Source of the DNA: an uncultured Chloroflexia bacterium
GTDB lineage: Bacteria > Chloroflexota > Anaerolineae > CG2-30-64-16
Assembly (NCBI GenBank): GCA_963810095.1
Contig: CAWEMM010000008.1
Location: forward strand, 96,001 to 160,000
Reading direction: 5' to 3'
DNA length: 64,000 nucleotides
The translations under genes and the position numbers were made by a program. Below the pieces are notes generated by a model. That model saw only the letters and a list, made by a program, of their open reading frames with translations, did no database searches and was not told the origin of the DNA. Shown one piece after another: positions 63,687-64,000 of this stretch. Position 1 is the stretch's first letter. Every line of letters starts with the position of its first letter.

Positions 63687-64000
63687 ATGCGGACGGTTGA
63701 GTTGCTGCAGCCCAAGCTGCAGAGGCCGCGAGTTCCTCGCTATTACCTGCCGCGCCCCCGCCTCATCGAGCGGCTCGGCCAGGGAGCCCAAGGGCCCCTC
63801 ACCCTGGTCTGCGCCGGGGCGGGCTACGGCAAAACGACGCTGGTAAGTTCATGGGTCGAGAGCCTGACGGTTCGGAACGACCCGGTCTCACGCCAGCGTG
63901 TCATCTGGCTATCTCTCGACGAACGGGATAGCGATCTTGACGTTTTTCTGCGGTACCTAATCGCAGGGCTGCGCACGGTCTTCCCTGACGCCTGCCAAAA
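63687..64000 (+). CDS. MalT-like STAND/LuxR regulator, N-terminus (runs off the window)
   Basis: LLQPKLQRP...RPRLIERL...LVCAGAGYGKTTLV..W...WLSLDERD. Confidence 0.85.
   Translation, partial: MRTVELLQPKLQRPRVPRYYLPRPRLIERLGQGAQGPLTLVCAGAGYGKTTLVSSWVESLTVRNDPVSRQRVIWLSLDERDSDLDVFLRYLIAGLRTVFPDACQ

Overview
This is a GC-rich bacterial window. Protein style suggests an anaerobic Chloroflexota/Anaerolineae-like genome (inference only). Many single-base frameshifts in otherwise intact genes point to uncorrected long-read indels. Four blocks: (1) 1-21.2 kb, a large arsenic/thiol-redox cluster: acr3 3' end, tungsten-cofactor-type radical SAM/SPASM, 3 ArsR-type regulators plus a Cys-Cys PadR, 2 ArsP permeases, 3 ArsC domains, a double-methyltransferase ArsM, and accessory FmdE x2, TauE, NifX-like, DUF169, GcvH-like lipoyl carrier, DGC x2, OsmC, AhpD/CMD, Trx/CcdA/Grx and a GH100-like hydrolase. 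(2) 21.3-43.3 kb, a fluoride-response island with FOUR fluoride (crcB) riboswitches, each with a terminator. They lead eno-phosphatase-ppa-crcB-DUF190/CBS; MFS-MutS-like x2-minimal P-type ATPase; and a back-to-back pair sharing one -35 box that drives moxR-DUF58-DUF4129 one way and unknown genes the other. A padR-modABC unit is embedded. The riboswitch-controlled PPase has a D-to-E change at the fluoride/nucleophile-binding Asp. (3) 43.4-46.4 kb, mobile-element debris around a 3' tRNA-Gly(CCC) fragment, a probable att site and island boundary. (4) 46.8-64 kb, a PAS sensor kinase lacking its phospho-His, a stand-alone receiver, two KimA-like APC transporters, two KdpE, kdpFABC-DE with extra small membrane ORFs, and the start of a MalT-like regulator. 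All family assignments come from recognising motifs by eye; no database search was run.
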